From Candidatus Poseidoniaceae archaeon (GTDB lineage: Archaea > Thermoplasmatota > Poseidoniia > Poseidoniales > Poseidoniaceae), in contig JAQXFM010000293.1 in the NCBI GenBank assembly GCA_029250305.1, positions 1 to 42,101 on the forward strand: a stretch of DNA of 42,101 bases. The letters run 5' to 3'. A program made the position numbers and the translations under genes. Below, piece by piece: positions 40,758-42,101 of the stretch. The notes under the pieces are model-generated. The model saw nothing but the letters and a program-made list of their open reading frames with translations. It ran no database searches and had not been told where the DNA came from. Each line of letters begins with the position of its first letter. The stretch's first letter is position 1.

Positions 40758-42101
40758 ATGTACCTCATCAGCGTCGAAGGTGGCGACGGTTCTGGCAAGG
40801 GGGAAGCAGCGCGCCTCCTTCTTGAATTAGCGGCCGAATTTCCGTTTCCTGAAATCCACGCCACACATGAGCCAAGGCGCCACAGTGAACTTGGTAAGTT
40901 GGCTCTTACTTCAGTAAAGCTCGGGGACAAAACCCCCTTGGAAGAAGCCGGTCTTTTTGCAGCCGATCGCCTTGATCACTCTCACACTTGGATTCGGCCA
41001 TTGCTCGAACAAGGCCACATTGTCATTTCCGATCGAAACATCCACTCGTCCCTCATCTACCAAGGCGTTGTTGGAAAATTGGGCGTGGACCAGGTCGCCA
41101 AGATGAACGCTGCTGCAATGATTCCAGACCTTGTCCTTTGGATCGACTGTGACCCTGACAAGGCCATCAAAAGAATTCGAACCGGCACCTTGCGGATGAC
41201 AAGTCAAAAGCAAGAGTATTTCGAAACACCAGAGATTCAAACAACGATTCGCCAAGGCTTCAACGATCTCTTGTCCGGAAAAATTAGCGTTCCTGCACCC
41301 TTCGACCGATGTTGCGTCGTAGGCCCAATCCTCAACGAGGGCGGTCTTGATGATCTGAAGAAAAAGTTGAGAACTGAACTTCGAGCGTTCTTCAATCGAA
41401 AACCAGCGCCGCTCAATGTTGACCCTGATGAAGTCGACCGCCATCTCCTCGACACGTTGGTCAGGGATGTCAAAAAACAAACAAGGCTCCCAGGTGCGCC
41501 TCAAGAGCGAACAGCCATCCACATTGGTTGGCTCTCCGGCCGCTCCCCTGCACAATGGATGAAAGAAGCGGAGGAAAAGTGGCCCGTGGAAAGCGCTCGA
41601 GCGTACGACGTCCCAGCCACACCCCACGCCCAATCATGCTGGTCCGTGCTTGGCACCCTTTCACTCATTGTTGGTTCGAGCGAAGTTCCACGCCTGCACC
41701 GCGCCTTTGGGCCTCACCGAATGGTCACACAACGCCACACGCAACGGTTGGTCAAATGGCTCGAGGAAGAACGATGGATCCACAAACAACAATCGCACGT
41801 TCCATTTGCGGAGGCTCAAGTTTTCAAATTGCGAGATGAACGACTGGGTTATGGCCGACTTGCCCTAGCCATGTGGCCACTGAGGGCCCAACTTGCCTCA
41901 TGGCGGCGTGCGAATCCGGATGCTGAATGGCGCGAGGCTCTACCTGCAATCGCCCATCCAGAAGACGGACGAACACCTCCACCTGCTGTTCGAAAGGGTC
42001 TTGAAGACATCACGAAAAGACTGCACATGCTTTCAAGCGGCCATGAAAACTGCCCAGTGCCAACATCGGTGGAAGAACTCCTTGCATGGTGGAAATTGCC
42101 A
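40758..42101 (+). CDS. tmk: thymidylate kinase with long C-terminal extension, runs off the right edge of the window
   Basis: Not in the ORF track; translated by hand as an open 448-codon frame: MYLISVEGGDGSGKG, THEP, LFAADR..H, ISDRN..SS.IYQG, PDLVLWID..A..RI. Confidence 0.9.
   Translation, partial: MYLISVEGGDGSGKGEAARLLLELAAEFPFPEIHATHEPRRHSELGKLALTSVKLGDKTPLEEAGLFAADRLDHSHTWIRPLLEQGHIVISDRNIHSSLIYQGVVGKLGVDQVAKMNAAAMIPDLVLWIDCDPDKAIKRIRTGTLRMTSQKQEYFETPEIQTTIRQGFNDLLSGKISVPAPFDRCCVVGPILNEGGLDDLKKKLRTELRAFFNRKPAPLNVDPDEVDRHLLDTLVRDVKKQTRLPGAPQERTAIHIGWLSGRSPAQWMKEAEEKWPVESARAYDVPATPHAQSCWSVLGTLSLIVGSSEVPRLHRAFGPHRMVTQRHTQRLVKWLEEERWIHKQQSHVPFAEAQVFKLRDERLGYGRLALAMWPLRAQLASWRRANPDAEWREALPAIAHPEDGRTPPPAVRKGLEDITKRLHMLSSGHENCPVPTSVEELLAWWKLP

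Overview
A gene-dense chromosomal segment from an archaeon, most likely a Marine Group II euryarchaeon (Ca. Poseidoniales). This assignment is inferred from archaeal RPA/RPA-associated genes, Hel308-Cgi121, an archaeal pilin and a geranylgeranyl reductase occurring alongside bacterial-type gyrase (gyrB-gyrA) and several secreted or membrane-anchored peptidases. Housekeeping genes: aroA (partial), moaA, GGR plus prenyl synthase, RPA pair, tldD/tldE, hel308, cgi121, a leuA-family synthase, gyrAB, aroD and an extended tmk (partial). I saw no rRNA, tRNA, CRISPR array, transposase or integrase. The best candidate for an undescribed system is a compact operon (8607-11529). In it, a lone small protein resembling phage tail-tube-initiator / DNA-circularisation-N / GpU-type proteins precedes a minimal TadB-TadC-TadA machine; the operon is flanked by the RPA operon and a triple-SAP-domain protein. 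Other oddities: an apparently catalytically dead HemC paralogue, a GyrA with a C-terminal EF-hand loop, a thymidylate kinase fused to a probable winged-helix domain, a long-chain-type prenyl synthase paired with GGR, and a degenerate TATA-like element 24-25 nt upstream of many start codons. All family calls come from motif recognition by eye; no database searches were run.
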